Both the position numbers and the translations under genes were made by a program. A DNA stretch of 64,000 nt from Hydrolagus colliei (lineage: Eukaryota): contig CM068756.1 of NCBI GenBank assembly GCA_035084275.1, positions 5,704,001 through 5,768,000 on the forward strand. Reading direction: 5' to 3'. Of the stretch, positions 36,600-49,767 are shown in pieces. The notes beneath the pieces were generated by a model. The model was not told the DNA's origin and made no database searches. It saw only the letters and a program-made list of their open reading frames with translations. Within the stretch, counting starts at the first letter, position 1. Each line of letters opens with the position of its first letter.

Positions 36600-36937
36600 T
36601 CCACCGGGATCCTCTGCGTCCACTGCCCTAACCACCCAACCATCGGCGGCCGGGCTTTCAATCGCTCTGCTCCCACACTGTGAAACTCCATCCTGCAGCC
36701 CCTCTGCCTTGCTTCCTCCCTTTCCTCCTTCAAGGCCGGTCTCAAGACCTTCCTCTTTGGCCGTGCCTTCGGCTTCCCCACTAACTCTTCCCCCTCTCTC
36801 ACTCTCCTTCCCCTTCCCCCTACTTCGACCCTCCCCCCACCCCCTCCCCGCCCTGGTCCCGACCAGACTGTTCAGCGCTTTGGGATGTCGTCCCGATGTG
36901 AAAGGCGCTATATAAGTGTAATTTTGTTGTTGTTGTT
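36600..36937 (+). mobile_element. 5'-truncated L2 LINE: ORF2 C-terminus, 3' UTR and tail
   Basis: Frame from 36600 reads ...PTIGGRAFNRSAPTL*NSILQPLCLASSLSSFKAGLKTFLFGRAF (L2 motif G.RAFS..AP.LWNSLP....SL..FK..LKT.LF); the W codon is mutated to TGA at 36681; (TTG)n tail. Confidence 0.93.
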
Positions 36938-37022
36938 AGGCTTACCAAGCTTCGCCCTTGAAATGATTGGGTTTCTTTTGTATCATTTTACTCCATCTTC
37001 CTCGTGGGATCTTCCATGGTAT

Positions 37023-37070
37023 AACAACAAATTACATTTGTAGCGGCTTTCACGTCAGGTGGACGTGCTA
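37023..37070 (-). mobile_element. Solo L2 3' tail (degraded)
   Basis: AACAACAAATTACATTTGTAGCGGCTTTCACGTCAGGTGGACGT. Confidence 0.75.
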
Positions 37071-37199
37071 AATTGGACAGAGGATTGTTGAACCGCTGGT
37101 CTATGCCATACCAGGGACAGTTCAGAGGTGCGCTGGACGAATGCTAGAGTGATACATCCTCTCTCTCTTTCTCTCTGGTATCTGCCTTCTGTGGTTTGG

Positions 37200-37610
37200 A
37201 TCAAAAGTGTCTTTTATCCCATTTGATCTCATTCTTCCAGAATGCACATTCCTCCTGTCTTATTAGAATGCAAACCTGTTTCTTACATGATTCTAGTCCC
37301 CTGGCTTTAACCAACCTTCTTGGTAACTCCTTCCAGGTGCCGATTAACCTCCATGCAATGAAATATTTTTTGGTGTTTGTGTGAAGATTGCCCTTTGCAA
37401 TCGGAACCTGTGCCCTCCAATCCTGCTGCTCTGAAAGCATCTGAAAATATTGTCTGGGTTATTTCTTCTATCCCAGTGTTTTGTACATCACAATAAAGGT
37501 CTCCTCCAAAGCTCCTCTTTCATGGTAGAAGAGCTCTATTGTATCCAGTTGTTTCTCATGGTTCACCCCTGTAGCATAGGGGATTCGGTCTTGGTGCTCG
37601 GAGTCATGCT
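37200..37610 (-). mobile_element. Decayed CR1 ORF2 C-terminus
   Basis: ORF-track peptides GVNHEKQLDTIELFYHERGALEETFIVMYK and KKYFIAWRLIGTWKELPRRLVKARGLESCKKQV align to CR1 SYEERL..LGLFSLE.RRL.GDLI..YK and RK.FF..RV...WN.LP..VV.A..L..FK. Confidence 0.75.
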
Positions 37611-37618
37611 TCCTCACC

Positions 37619-37670
37619 GGGACGCTACCCTGCGTGGGGGCTGCTATACAAGTTGTTGCTGTTGCTGCTG
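37619..37670 (+). mobile_element. Solo L2-type 3' tail (variant family)
   Basis: GACGCTACCCTGCGTGGGGGCTGCTATACAAG(TTG/CTG)n, similar to 10490-10548 and 50871-50934. Confidence 0.65.
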
Positions 37671-37847
37671 CACTGTGCAGCCTCATTGCTCTCCTCTTCC
37701 TTCCTCTTATATCACACAAACCGGAGCTGGATATACAGCCCTTCAAATGCGAGTGTAAATAGAGCACAATCGCTTGAATATGCCTTCTGACAGTCTGAAC
37801 TTAACTGAATTACAGGTGGTTAGTAAAATCTTGGGTGTCCCATATAT

Positions 37848-37915
37848 CGGTGCCTTGGGACATACCCCCGAAGTGAAAGGCGCTCTATAAATGTAATTTT
37901 ATTCTTATTATTGTT
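37848..37915 (+). mobile_element. Solo L2 3' tail
   Basis: GTGCCTTGGGACATACCCCCGAAGTGAAAGGCGCTCTATAAATGTAATTTT. Confidence 0.85.
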
Positions 37916-40900
37916 ATACAGTATTATGTAAATTCAAGCTATGTACACAGTCCAAATTCTGCTTGGTGTTTAGAGCTACACATCGTTGGAGAGTATAGAC
38001 ACCAGCACAAATAACCAACAAAGGTTTCATATGATGCACTTGGAACTTTCTCTCACAGATTCACTTGTTAGATTGACAGGTTGCAGCTCTGCTTGCTTCG
38101 AAGCTCTTCCATCATTCTTTGTGTGTTTGAGAGAGTATCTGTTTTGAAGTAACGTTAAAAATGACTGAGATGTTACAATTCTGCAGGAAAACTGGCTGCA
38201 AGGTGTGTGGACAGTGCAGCTCTGTGTTCCAATCTGAAAAATATTTTGGGTTAAATGCTACACACCATGATAGCCTTCCCATGAACGTGGGAGATGCACA
38301 GTTTTTAGCAAAAGACTAAGTTTTGCTTTCTCATCCTAGAGTATCATTTGCAATTTTCTGCTTTAAAGGGGCAAAGCCTTCTACTAATAAATAATGCCAA
38401 AGCACGAGAGAGGCACCTGAAAGCCACGCGTCGTTTGGATCTCGGAAACATCCCAGGCAACTAAAGATAATTGATTTCATTGGACTATGTTTAATTCCGC
38501 AGAAGGTAATTTATTCTTACAAGAATGCGGTGCCCCTTTAAGACTTTGCCTAACCTCCTTCTTCCTTCTCCAAATACAGTAATGGGATTTTTTTGTTTTC
38601 TATATTTAAAAAAAAGTCGAATAAAACCAAAACACAATGATGGAGTTGAAAATAAATTTTCTCATTGTCGCTGTTCGAAAAGAGCTATCCTGGCAGTGAG
38701 AGAGTCTGAGTAGGCTTAGGTGTATGCTGGTCAGTGTTGATGTTACATGGCCATAAATCTTGCCCCTTTTCTGCCTAGTTATTGTGTATTTCTTTGGGTG
38801 AAAGATTGATTGTAGCAGCAGAAGATGAATTTGCCTACAGACCCTTTCTTCTTTTTTTTTACACACTCCTGATGCCTTACCAAGGTGATAATGCATTTTT
38901 TTGCGCAATCATTTGTTTCAGATTAAATAGCATGGAGTACACAGCCGCGATTGTCCTGTAAACAGACAGCCAGCAGGCCATGAAGATGTACAACTGTCCC
39001 AGGTGTGAGCAGAGCCCAGTGTCCCACAGGACACCCAGCTTTTCCTGAAGGAGAATCTCCCTGCCTTATACAGAATTCCATTATTTATTCGCCCTGGGTT
39101 CCTCCTCGACTCGTTTGAGGTGCTCTAAATTAGCTGCGTTATTTCTTTTCATTCCGACGACTAAAGCCCTCTGATTTTACCCTGTGAAACTTTGAAAGTC
39201 AAGCAAATACTTTTACCTCGACCTTTCTGCAACGCTGCCCCATATTCACCGCTTGTCAGCACATGTTAGTCGGGAATCATCAGTCACTGCCATCAGTCAC
39301 TCCTCTGCCGTTCCCATCAGTCCCATTATCTAGGATCAGGAGAGAGTTGAGCGTGTAGCCTGAAGGATCATTAAACCGCAGTTCCCAGTTACCACAGGTA
39401 GTCCAGGTGGCCTGTTGTTATTTATAACAAACACAGCCAAAGTGTTTGACAGTAACCCATGAGACCTGGAAAAGGGCAGTGTGAGGATGCCACAACTGAA
39501 GGACAGCTAAAAGCGGGGACTCCGTCCCTTGTAAGCACAACAATGTTATGGAACATCTGTTAGGTGCGATGTCCCGAAGATTGATTCGTTTAATTTAAAT
39601 TAATTGTTTGCAACTCTGCTTTAGTGAAATTTGAATAGTTCACGTGAGCTTTGAAAAGTGCCACACCAGTTCGGTCTCTTTACCCTCACGAGCGGAGACC
39701 GTCCCAGCAGCGGGACTGCACGGAGTAGATATTTCAAATAGAGCAAAATATGATACTGAAAAATCAGCCGCTCCAGCTGCTTTCTCATCCACTCACGCTT
39801 CTTGTCACAAGTGCAGCCCAAATCAAATGTTTCAGGGAAAGTGAACAGAAAGTTTGACTTTAATGATGATGCATAGATGGCATGTTTTAACCATCCTGAA
39901 GTGGAGCTTTCAGAAGACACAGCAGTGTTTCTTTTAAAAAAGAAATTAAGTACAAGTTAAACTCTTTTTTTTGTTTAATGCTACAATTTGCTCTGCTTTA
40001 GGGATTTAGTAACAAACGTTTTTTTTTCCATTGTGTCAGCAATCCTTACTGAGAGTGTAACTGAGAACCACCTGATTAGTATCCACTGCATTTCTGACAA
40101 GCGCAGAAATAGCTACCGATACCAGTAATGACATAAATATCAGGAATTGTTTTATAACTTGAGAGGAGGGCGCTTGAAACCCTGATATCAACCGAAGAAA
40201 GAATATAATATAAATACTAAACTGTGTTAAAAAGAATCTCCAAAAAAACATGAACGCTTGTGAAAGATGCTTATCTGCCCCCGAGACTGACCACACAATA
40301 TATCCTTCTGCACCAGTCAGCACACCAAGGCCAGAGCCAGGTGCCTATGGTACTTGTATCCTTCCACATCAGTCATACTGTAGGGAGCAGACAATTAATT
40401 CTGGAGCAAAATTGAAAGTCAGAGGCAGAGTGTGAAAGAACAGAGTGACAATAATAAAGTGCCCCTGCCTCACATTAATCTCCTTCACTTCAGGCCTGTC
40501 AGAGGCGGCCTGGCGGTGACTAATGCCAAGCTTTGCATACAGTGGTCACAGACATGAGCAGCATGCTCCCTTTTCAGCACCCGCGATTCGCTTTGTTGAG
40601 TTTTTGACTCCTGCAGAATCATCGAAAAAAAAACGTAGGCGCTGGCCAAAGGTAGAACACTGAAGCCTTCATCGTACCTATTGATCGATGCAAGTGATTC
40701 TGGGCTATAGAATCGGGAACGCCTGTAAAACCACAGGGCGTTCGCAAAAGTTTTAACAATGGACTAACTTGGTGGGAAAGGGTTAAATATATATTTTTAA
40801 AAGTCATCCGTCAATAAAGTAAATAACTTTTACAAAGTAGCACTTGAACAGAGGAATGAAGCCGAGCATGTTGCTGTAAGCATGTTAATCCCTTGGCATT

Positions 40901-42516
40901 GTGAAACACTTGATACGCATTTGGGAATTGTGTTCCATTGATTTTATTGTCACCTCTTGCACGAGCAGTAAATGTGCTAACATTTGAGGTACAGTATAAT
41001 TATTCCGGAAAAGCAAGACATCAAAGAAAATGTATTTTTAAACACACAGGCTTTGACAGAAAAACTGTGCTGCTCGGAGAGGTGAGGGGGTTAGAGAATT
41101 ATTAGTCGATAGAAATTAGTACAGTACACAGTGGAAAAAAATTCCTGAATAAAAAGAGTGAATGTGACCACTGTTATACAACAAAACAAATTGATCCGGT
41201 CAGCTTGTTCCAAGAAAACAGTTTAATTCTGACCAGTTTTGGTAGGGGATTTAGAAGACTGACCTCCCTGAGTGGTCTATGTCTTTCCTGTCCATTTGTG
41301 GAACATTGTTTCTGTGCTACGGCTGGATACTAAATCCAGATATGAAATAAATTAATTAAACTGGTATGATATGGGGAGCTATTTCTGAAAATAAATTGGA
41401 CTTAAAAACTAAAAGTTGAGGTTTCTCTGAACTAGGAACCAATAGCTATAATCCTTGTTTTTGGTATAATGCTTCATAAATGTTGCCAAAATGTCTTGAT
41501 GTGCATAACAGCATTTTACTATCAAATGTAGTGACTGTGTTTGTAAGCAAATCTTGTGAAATTGCAATAAAAAGCATCAGCAGCAACACAGGAGTTTCTG
41601 TAGTGTGGAGCTACCTCTGGGGATAGAGAACCATAAGATAGAGAAGGAGAATGATGGAGCTTTATCAACCATGTGGCGACCAGTGGGAGATACAGAAGTG
41701 CCAACCTAGGACACCTCAGGGTGGGTGGTGGGATTGGAAGTTCACAGGGAAAAAAGCATTGAACCTATAGAACCTATTTCTCCAGATTTAAAGAACTCGG
41801 GCACACGGACCTGCAATACTCGGCTTGAGTCGGCTTTTTGTGTTGTTCTTTTTAATAAAATGAAAAATGTTTTTAAAAATCCAGACAAGCTTACAGTAAA
41901 CCTTTCTTGTATACTAGCTTAATTGCCATTAATTTAACTAATCACCACAGGTGTATGCAGTGTCAGGTACCACCGAACAAGCCTGACTGCTGCATTATAA
42001 TGTGCTACACAACATTAACCCCTTACAGTAACATCATCTTCATGAAACAAAAAGGCTGCAGGAAACTCGGGCAGAATTGAGAGATGACCGGGAGCAGAAC
42101 TGGAACATTGTGTGGTGCAATTGGGAGGTGGGGAAGGCAGAGGTGGGAGACTGCCATTGGAGCAAAGCAAGAAGAGGAGATTGCAAACATTAAACCGATT
42201 GTTGGAGAAAGACAGAGCTGCAAGAATATAGATATGACGATGGGAAGGGGGGAGCAGAGATGGAATACAGCTTGAAGGAGGAGAAGAGACCCATGAGAGC
42301 ATGTAAAATACATGAAGGTGGAGAAAGACAGTAAATAAAAGAAAGAGAAAACACAGATAGTGAAGAATAAATAGCTTTTCATCAATAAACCAAGCAATAA
42401 AGAAAGAATGTGGTGGTGTAAGTTCAATTGGAAAATAGGAATGTGGAAACAAAGGGGAATGAATACAGTATCCTGCAGTTAATTAATTAAAAAAAGGGAC
42501 AAGCAGTATACCATAG

Positions 42517-42589
42517 CATCTTGGGACGTCCTCCCGACATGAAAGGCGCTCTGTAAATATAATTTTGTTGTGGTTTGTTGTTGTTGTTG
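42517..42589 (+). mobile_element. Solo L2 3' tail with 8-bp flanking direct repeat
   Basis: TTGGGACGTCCTCCCGACATGAAAGGCGCTCTGTAAA..(TTG)n flanked by TACCATAG at 42509-16 and 42590-97. Confidence 0.9.
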
Positions 42590-42915
42590 TACCATAGAGA
42601 AAATATGGAATTTAGAGAAAAAGAAAAGCACAAGGATTACTTGTGATAAGATATTAAAAATGCAGATTTGGTATTCAAAGAATTCAGTGTAAACATTATT
42701 TCCTGTCAGAGTTGTGTTTATATAAATAGTTTTGTTTTCTTATCAGTTCTCTTATACCTTAAACTACAGTTTATTCAACAAGTTAAAACCAAGTTGAGCT
42801 CATTTGTCCCCGTGACTGAAAATACACTACTCAGTCTCACTTTCTTCCTCCTATATTTTCATGTGATTATTTGCTTCTTTCCACCTGTCCTAATTTCTTC
42901 CTGTCCTCTCCTTAA

Positions 42916-43200
42916 TACAGTAATTAAAAACAAGGCAAGGCCATTCAATCCATCGAGTCTGCTCTGCCATTTTCTTACAGAGGGGTTGATCAGTAACTCA
43001 ACACCATTTGCCATACCCACTTGGTGCCCACACTAGTCCAATATTTATCTACTTTCCTATTACATACTCCCACCAACTTAGCATCAACAGTTTATTGACA
43101 AACTGAATTCCACAACTCTCTGATTAAAGAAACATCATTTTATTACACTACTAACAGTGCCTTGTTTTACTTTTTACATTATATTCTGTTGTTCTGGATT
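42916..43200 (-). mobile_element. CR1 3' end relic
   Basis: AGGCCATTCAATCCATCGAGTCTG resembles AGGCCATTCGGCCCATCTAGTCTG near 60992; downstream minus strand reads F..QRVVEF-like. Confidence 0.55.
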
Positions 43201-44737
43201 CTGCTCGCACCAGTAGAACCAGGGGCAATGGCTTGCAAAGGAAACGGCTAAATATCTCCTAATAAGCATCATTTCTTCCTGTACCTGTGTACAAAAATGT
43301 TAAAACGGCACCAAAAAAAACTATCAGGTACCATTAGGGGTCTTGTAACAAGTTCCTCCCAGTACTCTGTACCTCGCTTAGGCTATTTGCCAAATGGTGC
43401 ACACTTAAAGATAAGGCCAGAATAGATCGCAGAATTGCTTTTATGCTATGGAAAAGTTAAAGTATTAGCTAAAGGCTGCAGTCTTTAAAATAGCAGACCT
43501 GATTGCGTCTTGCAAGTGTTTCAATGTGAGGAAGCGTGTTCTCGACAGCATTACGGATAAAGTGGCTAAAGCAATTAGAGCTGGATATGAAATCAAGCTT
43601 CTCCTCACTGCACTGCCTTTCTTACCCTTTTCCACTCCTTTTATTCTTACACTGTTACACACGAGTCAATCTGATAAGACTGTGTCAGTTACATCAGACC
43701 CATTCCTCTAATCTGTGAGATGACATCACAGGTGTCACAATGTATGCAGGGAAATGAAAATCTACTGGTGTTGTTTGATGCACACCCAAGAAATCTGATT
43801 AACCGTCAGAGAATACAGGACAATATCTGGGACGGAAGTTTAAAAAAAAGGGAACAATCACTTTCCAATTAACCAATCAATATACGTTCAATCAGTTTAT
43901 TGATTCCATTGTCACATTCCCCTTAGATAGCAACAACACATTACACCGAGGATGAAATAATTTTTCTGATTGGCCTGCCAACCCTGTCAGGCCAAATTCT
44001 GTTTGGAACTGCGGAAAGCCCTTTGGGCTACACAAATCGCTTGCTTGATTGCTTACGGGATTGATATGGGCTGCCAACACCAGCAGTCCAAGTTTACGTG
44101 AGGCCAACAAGCCTCTGAAATTGATCGAAAATGTCAGATTGCAGGTCGCGGTTTCATTCCTCGTTACATAATAGCTATACTTAAAAATTGAGCTATACGT
44201 TACAGATTAGACCAGAGATTGTTTTTGCATTAGGTTCACACAAAAGCACTCTTCTCCATAGTATAACTAGCACTGAAGCTGCTGGACAAAATATGTCAAG
44301 TCTGTTTCACAAACTACAATGGCCTTTTACCAATCTGCTCTTAATGAACGTGAACTGGTTACAGTTCTATTAATCATATCAGATTCCTGTTACAGCTTGG
44401 AGAAACAAGTAACCCGATCATAGCTGATCATATATGTCTAGTAATGGACACTATGATCCCGTTTTTTCTGTAGGTAATACTTTTGTCTTTAAACTACAAT
44501 AAAAAGAGATATCAGCTTCACTCACATTGATTCAGTCACTCACACTGACTCATGGTTAGATGAAAGTTTCTTATCTATCTACTGTGACTCCAGCACTTTA
44601 TTCACACGTTGATTCAAATGGTATAAGAAACTCATCCTCTGCTCTTATGCGTTATCAACTATTTCGAAGGAAATCAGCCACCCGCTTCTTCAGCTACATT
44701 TGCTTACAAATACAGTTTCTATACTTGGCAGAAACTT

Positions 44738-44808
44738 TGTGCAAGCACTTTGATTCATTCTCAACCATATAAGCATCATACCAAATGCAAGGATTATTAT
44801 TAATTATT
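44738..44808 (+). mobile_element. SINE 3' tail
   Basis: AAGCACTTTGA...CAAATGCAAGGATTATTATT. Confidence 0.75.
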
Positions 44809-47299
44809 CCTATTGTTACAAAATATAATGGATAAGTGGAACTATGTTACCTAAGTGTCAATCAGGAGGACAGAATCACATGGGATACCCTCTGTTTTGG
44901 TTTATTACCGTGTAGGATTAGTGTAATTAAAGGCTCTTTCATATGATTGCTTTTTATAATCTTTTGTTAATATTATACTTTGAGAGAAAAACCGTAATAA
45001 CTTTCAGTTGACCAAGCTCTGAATTTGGAAATCACTCCTGTTGAAAGGCCAGATAAGTAAGGGCAAATGCTTTCCCTCCAGACAACAAGGGCAGTTTTTG
45101 GGGTATTGTTTGTGCCTTTCATTTCCAGCTTCCAAAACATTTACCTTCGCAATGTTGTACCGATTTGAAAAATGTCATAAGTATGTGTGCAGCAAATAAA
45201 ATTAAATTCAAATGAAGGATTCATTATATAGATAGCACATTAATGTACTTCCATCTATACTCAGTTTATTACATCTGTTATGAAGTTAATATTCCACAAT
45301 TCAGGGTTAGGAGGTAAAGAATTCTATAACTGTTAAAAAAAAATCATCAAGATCGGAACTATAAGACTTGAACTATTATTTGAGTCATCCTATGCATGGC
45401 GTCAAAATCCCATTTTTTTTCTCTTGTTAATAATTAAATAATAATAATAATTATTGATTTTCTTTAACCTTGGATGATGCTCTGCACTATGGAATTTGCC
45501 TCTTTATTTCAGTTATACTTTGCAAGAAAGTATGAAATTACAGCTGTGATTCCCCACAGACTGAGGGAGGTGTTGACCAAATGTATCGGAAGGAGGAGTG
45601 AATAGAGTAGAATAGAAATGAAATTCGCCAATACCAATACTGCCAATCACTGAAGCAAGACTGCCGATAGTGTCGTCAACGATGGTAACTGAGCAATAAA
45701 GAAGGGGGATGGGGGGTTGGTGGTGTTGGGGGCGTAAATATGTTCATTTCAGCAGCATGCATTGGTAAGAGATTCAGGCTTTCACAGACGAGAGCTATAA
45801 TTTTCCTCAATGCCTGGTCTGTCCAGTCAACAACATGAATAAGCTTTGAGATGTGTTTAGCAGTGAACTCAACACATAGGAGATAAATGAATACTATGTA
45901 GCATGTAAAGTGGTGATAACTTTATTTGGTGGTGCCCAATAAATTAGCTGCCAATATTGATATACCTGTACAATATCGATATTTAGCACATTGATCCGCT
46001 GTTTCTAATTACTGTAAATTGATTGGAACAACCCTGGACTTAGAAATAAAGCTGGTTAATGGGTTTGATTCTTACAATTTCTTGGCAGACAGAAGCTGCG
46101 TTATAGACCTAAGAAAAAAACTTCCAATTTAATGTATAAAGGGTATTTAGATTTGAATCTATTCCTTCTTTTTCCTTTGTCAGGGCTGAAAAATCTTCCC
46201 ATGTTTTCATAGCAATACTGAATTGGCACATTAACAACAGTTGTATGTTACATTGTCCCATCACCAATTCAATACTGTGAACTTCATACACATAAATTCG
46301 GCCAAATAATTTCAATTGTTTCCCATTCAAATAAAAAAAAGCAAACGTTCGAGAACCATTTTTGTTCTAATGAGCTTTGGATTACTTCAAAGCCTATTCG
46401 TTATAAGATTGCTATATTGCAATGAGAATTTTCTTATTCCTAGTTAATAACAAATTGTAAGATGACAAAGAAATGGGAAGTTATTTTAAATATTCTTTGT
46501 CATATTCCATCGGTGAAAAACATTAATGTTGGGGCTTACGGAGGTAGATTTTAATTAGCTCGCTAGAATATTTTTTTCTTAATTTAAACACCTAGAAAAC
46601 GGGCCTACACAATCTCTGGGGTAATGTTTCAACTTTAATTTATATGAATTTTCTTTTCTTATAACGGGGGTCATTCAACACTGTGCAGTACTTCAGGACT
46701 GATATATCTCACCCACAGCTATGGTCTGGCAGAGTTAAGGGCCCATTTTGAAGACACAATCATGAAGCTATACCTCCAAACTGTTTGTGTGTATCAATTA
46801 CTAGGCATGGTTGTATAGTAAAAGTTAAATACTACACTTGCTATAAAAACATTTACACCCATTCCATTATTACTACATTAGCCATTGCTGCCACATATAT
46901 TAGCCCCATATAAAAGGAAAATGACAAGTGTTTAGGGACCAATTTATGACAGAATGCAGGGCAAAATATTTTCATATATTTTCCTCAGAATCCATTTGAA
47001 ATAAACTATACAAGAAAAAAGTGTAATTGCACTAAACTTGCAACTCATTGTTTGATATCACAGGTCAATGTCCTAGAAATTGCAGGATGAATTGCTTGAA
47101 TCTAGTCCCATAAAAAATCTCAGCACTTTGTGAGTTAATAAATACAAAGTGAGGCCACATTTAACAAACACTGACTAATCTGTCATAACATAGACGAGTG
47201 GGATGGGTCTTTTGCCATGTGACCCAAAGCTTAATTTCTAATCTCAACTGCTCTATGAAGGAACGTTTCCAAGTGTAGGTCAGGAATCTTAACTGTTAT

Positions 47300-47540
47300 C
47301 TCAGGGTGGAGCAAGAAGATATAGGTTTACACTTGCGAAGAGCAATTTCAAGACAGATACCAGGAAGGTATTTTTTTTACCCAAAGTGTAATGAACAACT
47401 GAAATGAGTGGTTGAGGTTAGGACAATGGATTTATTTAAAAAGCAGCTCAATCAGGTGGTGGGAGGGAGAGTACGTATTTCTGGGGAATGGTGTTGGGTG
47501 ACCTGCAAGCCTTCTTCATTGGAAGCAATTTTGTGAATTG
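47300..47540 (+). mobile_element. CR1 ORF2 C-terminus and 3' UTR relic
   Basis: Translates LAKSNFKTDTRKVFF/TQSVMNN*N...VVEVRTMDLFKKQLN, the CR1 C-terminal pattern. Confidence 0.7.
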
Positions 47541-49046
47541 CCGAAATATTTTAACACAATACACTGGGTTGCTATTGCAAGCCTCCCAGTATCTGGACAA
47601 AGGATCCTAGGATGGGTCATCCATCTGCTCTCTAAAACAAAATAGAGAGTGGCACAGCGAATCCTGGAAGATGGGAACAAAAGAAAATAGCTCCCAAATT
47701 ATAAAATCAGTAGCTGGGAAAACATGGGAGACAGGAGACAGTCTCATTTCAATGTAACATCTATATGATGTGACCTTGTCAATCTTTTCTGTTCAACAAA
47801 AGCAAAAAGCTCTAAAATGGTCTAAAAGCTTTTACAGTAATGTTTTACTAAAAGTATAATTTCCCGTACCCTTTTGGTCAAACAAAGAGACACTGGAAAT
47901 AACTAAATCTTTCACTTTTAATTAGGTTAATTCTACAGAAAAGAAAGTCCCAAGATGACAATTTTTTATGTTTTCATTTTTCCCATCCTATTCATGGCCA
48001 GAAACAGCAAGTGATGAGTGGGAATCCTGTCTACTTAGGTTTATGAAGTTTTCTATCTGAAAGTAAATCGAGGGAAAGCAATATCTACGGAGCTTTTAAT
48101 AGCATGATGGGTTTTAAAATGTATTGTCATATGAATCATTGATCAAATGAAATGGCACTGATGGAAGCAGGGCAGCTAAATGTAGACAGAAGTAAGTATT
48201 AAACCAGCAGTACATGAAAGGTTGGCAGACACCCATTTGTCAAAGTTTTATCTGATTTCAAATCTACTAGATTGATCAGTCACAATTTAAGAATAAAGGA
48301 GGCGATTTTCCTTCTATCGGTAAAACGTCCATTGGAATAGGAACAGGAAGCGAGTAAGAGATTCAACGGGTTAGATGCTTCATGTGTTTAGAATAGGGAG
48401 TACAATTTTCATCCTAGCGGTATAATTGGCAAATAGCAGGTCTTCGTGTTGAGAACAGCAATTAAGGCTCTTAATTGATGCTGGGAGCCAATTAATCCAT
48501 GAGCTCGATAAGTTGCCGCTGCCTCTGAGGCTCACCAAACGTGAGGGTATTTAATCATGGTCTGAGAAGGCAGTAAGTCTGAGAAGTGTTTGCAGAGTCC
48601 TGCAGCTTTGACAGAGTGTGTTGAGTTGTCTTTATTAGGAGATGCCATATGCTGCAATCGTATTGCTACCTGAGGAGACGGAGATTAAATGGAGATAAAG
48701 GGCCACAAGTGGTGGGTTCTTTGAATAAGGAAATATTCATAGGATAGAGTCTACAGCCTTTAACAATCCAATACTGATCTTGTGACCCAATGATGGGAAT
48801 AACACAGTCATATTGTCTCTTGTGTCTTCGCATCAGAACAATGAAAAGCGAACACAATGTCTCGTGTCAAAAATATGATTTAAAAATATCAGAAATAAAC
48901 TTTCAGCAAGACATAATAGCCTCTGGTTTTCCTTTGTGCCCTGTGATGAGGAGAAGGGACACTACTGAGGTTTTCTCACTATCTGTGAGCCGCAGCTCGT
49001 GAAGTAAGGAATTCCAAATAAGAATTTCTGTCACAAACCACAGGGT

Positions 49047-49112
49047 CAACAACAACAACAAAAATTACATTTATAGAGCGCATTTCATGTAGGGATGATC
49101 TCCCAAGGCGCC
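49047..49112 (-). mobile_element. Solo L2 3' tail
   Basis: (CAA)n AAATTACATTTATAGAGCGCATTTCATGT.GGGA.GA..TCCCAAGGCGC. Confidence 0.88.
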
Positions 49113-49767
49113 TAACAGAGTTTTACAATAAGAATTGATGTTTTATCCCATTTGGAACTTGTGTACGAGTTGGTATATTCTAGATCTTGCAGGAGTTCTG
49201 ACAAACGACATGTTGGATCACTGAATGTACATACCTCAATGACATGCAACTTTATGTCTGCCAAGTAACCATTCCCACACTAATATCCTCCCGTCTGGAC
49301 ACATTTACTTTATTAAATGCACTGATGCCCTTGTTCGCTGCTCATTATGAGTCCATTAAATACTTTGCAATGCCTCTTCCTGATAGGTTACTTGAAATTT
49401 TACAAAGCTCCAGCAGCACAGGGCTTTTGCAGAGCAAAATTGCGACTTATTCCTGGGTCTCCAATCAGGCTGATTTAACAGGTGATTTCCTTCTTAATGG
49501 CTATAATAACCCACAGGAGGAAAGTCCCTCCCAAAGTGATTTAGGTTTCATTTGATTTTCAGATTTTATTCGTACGAGAGCTTGGTAAATCCTTGCTCAG
49601 TACATTTACTCCAAAGGGAGACAAACCTGCAGGTGAAACTACATTCTAAACAGAAATTAACTTGGAATAACAAATATATTCTCTAGTGGTACGCCTTTTG
49701 AGCATTACAAGCGTGAAGCGGTTTTAATAGGAATTATTGGATAGATTAAAAATCTGATTGCCTAATG

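Noticed and set aside
40573-40593. Possible REST/NRSE site (TTCAGCACC)
   Set aside because: Only the left half-site matches; GGACAG is absent.
42015-42452. Overlapping 145-aa and 134-aa minus-strand ORFs
   Set aside because: Stop-poor by composition (purine-rich plus strand); low-complexity L/S/F/P peptides with no recognisable domain.
49230-49300. YLNDMQLY and TLISSRLD resembling L2 RT motifs; also KFADD near 53136 and LYTDDT near 61868
   Set aside because: Matches are too short and lack correctly spaced neighbouring motifs; possible very old LINE relics but unsupported.
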